A stretch of 64,000 nucleotides of DNA from Candidatus Bathyarchaeota archaeon (GTDB taxonomy: Archaea > Thermoproteota > Bathyarchaeia > Bathyarchaeales > Bathycorpusculaceae). Under the pieces are notes generated by a model that ran no database searches, was not told the DNA's origin, and saw nothing but the letters and a program-made list of their open reading frames with translations. The position numbers and the translations under genes were made by a program. Of the stretch, positions 61,636 through 64,000 are shown one piece after another (position 1 is the stretch's first letter; each line of letters opens with the position of its first letter). The DNA is taken from assembly GCA_963782525.1 (NCBI GenBank), contig CAWAKC010000007.1:224001-288000 (forward strand). The letters are read 5' to 3'.

Positions 61636-63006
61636 ATGAGTGCACGAAAGCTTTTTGGAACAAACGGAATTCGCGGCCTTGTCAACGTTGAATTAACGCC
61701 TGAAATGGCCATTAAAGTTGGAGCGTGTATTGGAACTTTTTTTGGAAAAAACAAAAACGTACTTTTGGGCTATGATGCCCGAACCAGCGGACCCATGTTT
61801 GCAAAAGCCGTGATTTCTGGCTTAATGTCTGCAGGAATTAACGTTTACTTTGCAGGAATGGCATCTACGCCTGCCATCCAGTTTGCCACTAAAAACCACA
61901 AGATGGACGGCGGCGTAATAATCTCTGCTTCGCATAACCCGCCAGAATACAACGGCATCAAGGTAATCTGGAGCGATGGCATAGAAACCTCCCATGAACA
62001 AGAAACCGAAATAGAAGACATTTACTTTGACAACAAAATCGTTTACGCCCCATGGGACAAGCTGGGAGCTAAACGTGAACTGCCAGGAATCAACGACGAA
62101 TACAAAGACGCCGTCAAAAACCATATCGATGCCGAAAAGATAGCGGCTAAACACTTCCATGTCGTAGTCGACGCAGCCAATAGCGTCGGAGGAATCGCAT
62201 TGCCCCCACTGTTAAGAGAAATAGGCTGCAAAATCACAACTATAAACGCAAACATCGACGGAACCTTCCCAGGCAGACTACCTGAACCGCGTCCCGAAAG
62301 CCTCGGCGACTTATCGGCAACCGTTAAAGCCCTCGGCGCAGACTTGGGCGTTGCCTTCGATGGAGACGCAGACCGCTCCATTTTCACAGATGGAAACGGC
62401 ACCATCTACTGGGGTGACAAAACCTTCGCAGTTGTAATAAAGCAATACCTTTTGAAGCATCCTGGCGCAAAAATAGTTACCCCCGTCAGCTCATCTACCC
62501 TGATAAAAGATACCGTAGAAACCTACAAGGGCAAGCTGATCTGGACCAAGGTCGGCAGTGTAACTGTTTCGCAGACGATGAAAGCAGAGAACGCTGATTT
62601 AGGAGGCGAAGAAAACGGCGGAATCTTCTATCGTCCTCATCAAGCAGTTCGCGACGGAGCCATGACAACCGTACTCCTGCTGAATATTATGGCGGAAACT
62701 GGAAAATCTCTTGAGCAACTCGTTGCTGAGCAGCCGCAGTATTTTATTGAAAAAGGAAAAATCGATTGTTCAGATGATAAGAAAGCGATTTTGCAGCAGA
62801 AAATCTACGAGCAAGTTAAGAAAGAGAACGTCAGCACCATCGACGGTGTAAAAATTTGGTTTAGCGACGCAAGCGCTATTTTGATTCGTCCCAGTGGTAC
62901 GGAACCAGTTTTTCGTTTGTATGCTGAAGCTAAAAACCAGCAGAAAGCACTTCAACTAGTCGAAGACTACAGCGCAAGACTTAAAAAAATCCTCCAAACC
63001 ATATAA
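61636..63006 (+). CDS. Phosphohexomutase (PGM/PMM/GlmM family)
   Basis: LFGTNGIRG, SASHNP, FDGDADR, GGEENGG, IRPSGTEP. Confidence 0.94.
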   Translation: MSARKLFGTNGIRGLVNVELTPEMAIKVGACIGTFFGKNKNVLLGYDARTSGPMFAKAVISGLMSAGINVYFAGMASTPAIQFATKNHKMDGGVIISASHNPPEYNGIKVIWSDGIETSHEQETEIEDIYFDNKIVYAPWDKLGAKRELPGINDEYKDAVKNHIDAEKIAAKHFHVVVDAANSVGGIALPPLLREIGCKITTINANIDGTFPGRLPEPRPESLGDLSATVKALGADLGVAFDGDADRSIFTDGNGTIYWGDKTFAVVIKQYLLKHPGAKIVTPVSSSTLIKDTVETYKGKLIWTKVGSVTVSQTMKAENADLGGEENGGIFYRPHQAVRDGAMTTVLLLNIMAETGKSLEQLVAEQPQYFIEKGKIDCSDDKKAILQQKIYEQVKKENVSTIDGVKIWFSDASAILIRPSGTEPVFRLYAEAKNQQKALQLVEDYSARLKKILQTI

Positions 63007-63039
63007 CAACCCCCTACTTTGTTGGGAAGAGAACCGCTG

Positions 63040-64000
63040 ATGCCCCAAGTTCTAAACCTAAAACCCGAAGAGGTAGATTCGAACGAGAAACGCTCAAAGT
63101 ACACTGTAAGCGTGGTCGGATGTGGGCAAAAAGGAATTCTTTATGCGAATGCTTTTGCGGAAGCAGGGTTTAGAGTAATTTGTACGGACGCTGATGCGAG
63201 TGTTGCCAAGAAAGTGGCGAAGGGAAAAATAGCGAGCGCACAAGTTGAAGCGAAACTAAAAAGTTACATCACCAGCGGACAAATAACTGTTAGTTCTGAG
63301 CGCAAAGACGCTGTTTCCCAAAGCGATATCATCGTCATAGCTGTCGGAGCTAAAGTTGATGAACAGAAAAAAACGGATTATTCTCAGATAGTTAGCGCTG
63401 CAAAACAAGTCGGAGCCGCCTTACATCAAGGTACACTTGTCATGTACGGCGGCATAGCTGGCTTTGGCTTTATCGAGGGTGCGATGAAGGAAACCTTGGA
63501 GAATACTTCAGGTTTTAAAGTTGGCACAGATTTTGGTTTAGCCTATAACCCAATCCACACTGCGGATGCTTTGATGGAAAATTTGGAGTTGAAAGTTGCG
63601 GCGACCGACCCAACCAGCTTAAACGCAGCATCCACCATCCTCAAAACGTTAACAAAAAGAATCAAAGAAGTCGCCGACCTCAAAACCGCTGAAATAGCCA
63701 CTCTCTTCACCGTCGCAAAGCAAGACTCCAACCGCGCCTTAGCCAACGAATTGGCAATTTTCTGCGAGAACGCAAACATCGACTATTTCAAAGTCCTAAA
63801 TCTTCTGGACCTCAACGACCCTTACTTTTACCCCACCATCGTCGATGAAGAAAGCAAGCATGAAGCATACTTGTTACTTGACAGCGCAGAAAACATTAAC
63901 GCTAAGCTTCGGCTTACCACGTTGGCCAGGCAGATAAACGAGGATATGGTTAAGCACGCAGTTAATTTGACGGCGGATACGCTTAGCAGGTGCGGTAAAC
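63040..64000 (+). CDS. Divergent nucleotide-sugar dehydrogenase homolog (partial, runs off the window)
   Basis: VSVVGCGQKG Rossmann start, DFGLAYNP, AEIATLF..DSNRALANELA, LARQINE. Confidence 0.8.
   Translation, partial: MPQVLNLKPEEVDSNEKRSKYTVSVVGCGQKGILYANAFAEAGFRVICTDADASVAKKVAKGKIASAQVEAKLKSYITSGQITVSSERKDAVSQSDIIVIAVGAKVDEQKKTDYSQIVSAAKQVGAALHQGTLVMYGGIAGFGFIEGAMKETLENTSGFKVGTDFGLAYNPIHTADALMENLELKVAATDPTSLNAASTILKTLTKRIKEVADLKTAEIATLFTVAKQDSNRALANELAIFCENANIDYFKVLNLLDLNDPYFYPTIVDEESKHEAYLLLDSAENINAKLRLTTLARQINEDMVKHAVNLTADTLSRCGK

Noticed and set aside
3451-63779. Numerous short ORFs antisense to or nested in well-supported genes
   Set aside because: Shadow frames without motifs or independent translation signals.

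Overview
Archaeal chromosome segment, most likely Bathyarchaeia. This assignment is inferred from the archaeal-type ArgRS, DHS, CofE and tRNA-Leu, the TATA-type promoters and the style of the membrane-anchored surface proteins. The window has three zones. (1) 0-21 kb: an IS200/IS605 remnant, then a Fe-S/radical-SAM/SAM-synthesis neighbourhood (Mrp, NifX x2, NifU, COG1149 x2, PdaD, three radical SAM genes, bacterial-type MetK, Cys-tailed Lrp). Three of its promoter regions share a 46-bp operator-TATA-operator module. CopA/YHS follow. (2) 21-40 kb: an accessory island with an orphan terminase large subunit and an RHH-like gene whose iteron-bearing promoter is duplicated 16 kb away. It also carries an AT-rich array of secreted/membrane 'cassette' genes whose junctions repeatedly show a TTAGTYAAGAAASTTTGA motif. 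This is the best candidate for an undescribed system. (3) 40-64 kb: mostly housekeeping (FrhB-like/MetF-like/CofE, GCS2-RLAN-RimK, two deoxyhypusine synthases, ArgRS, HDAC family, tRNA-Leu, CysK/CysE, GuaA, sugar-nucleotide genes). All calls come from reading motifs by eye; no database searches were run.
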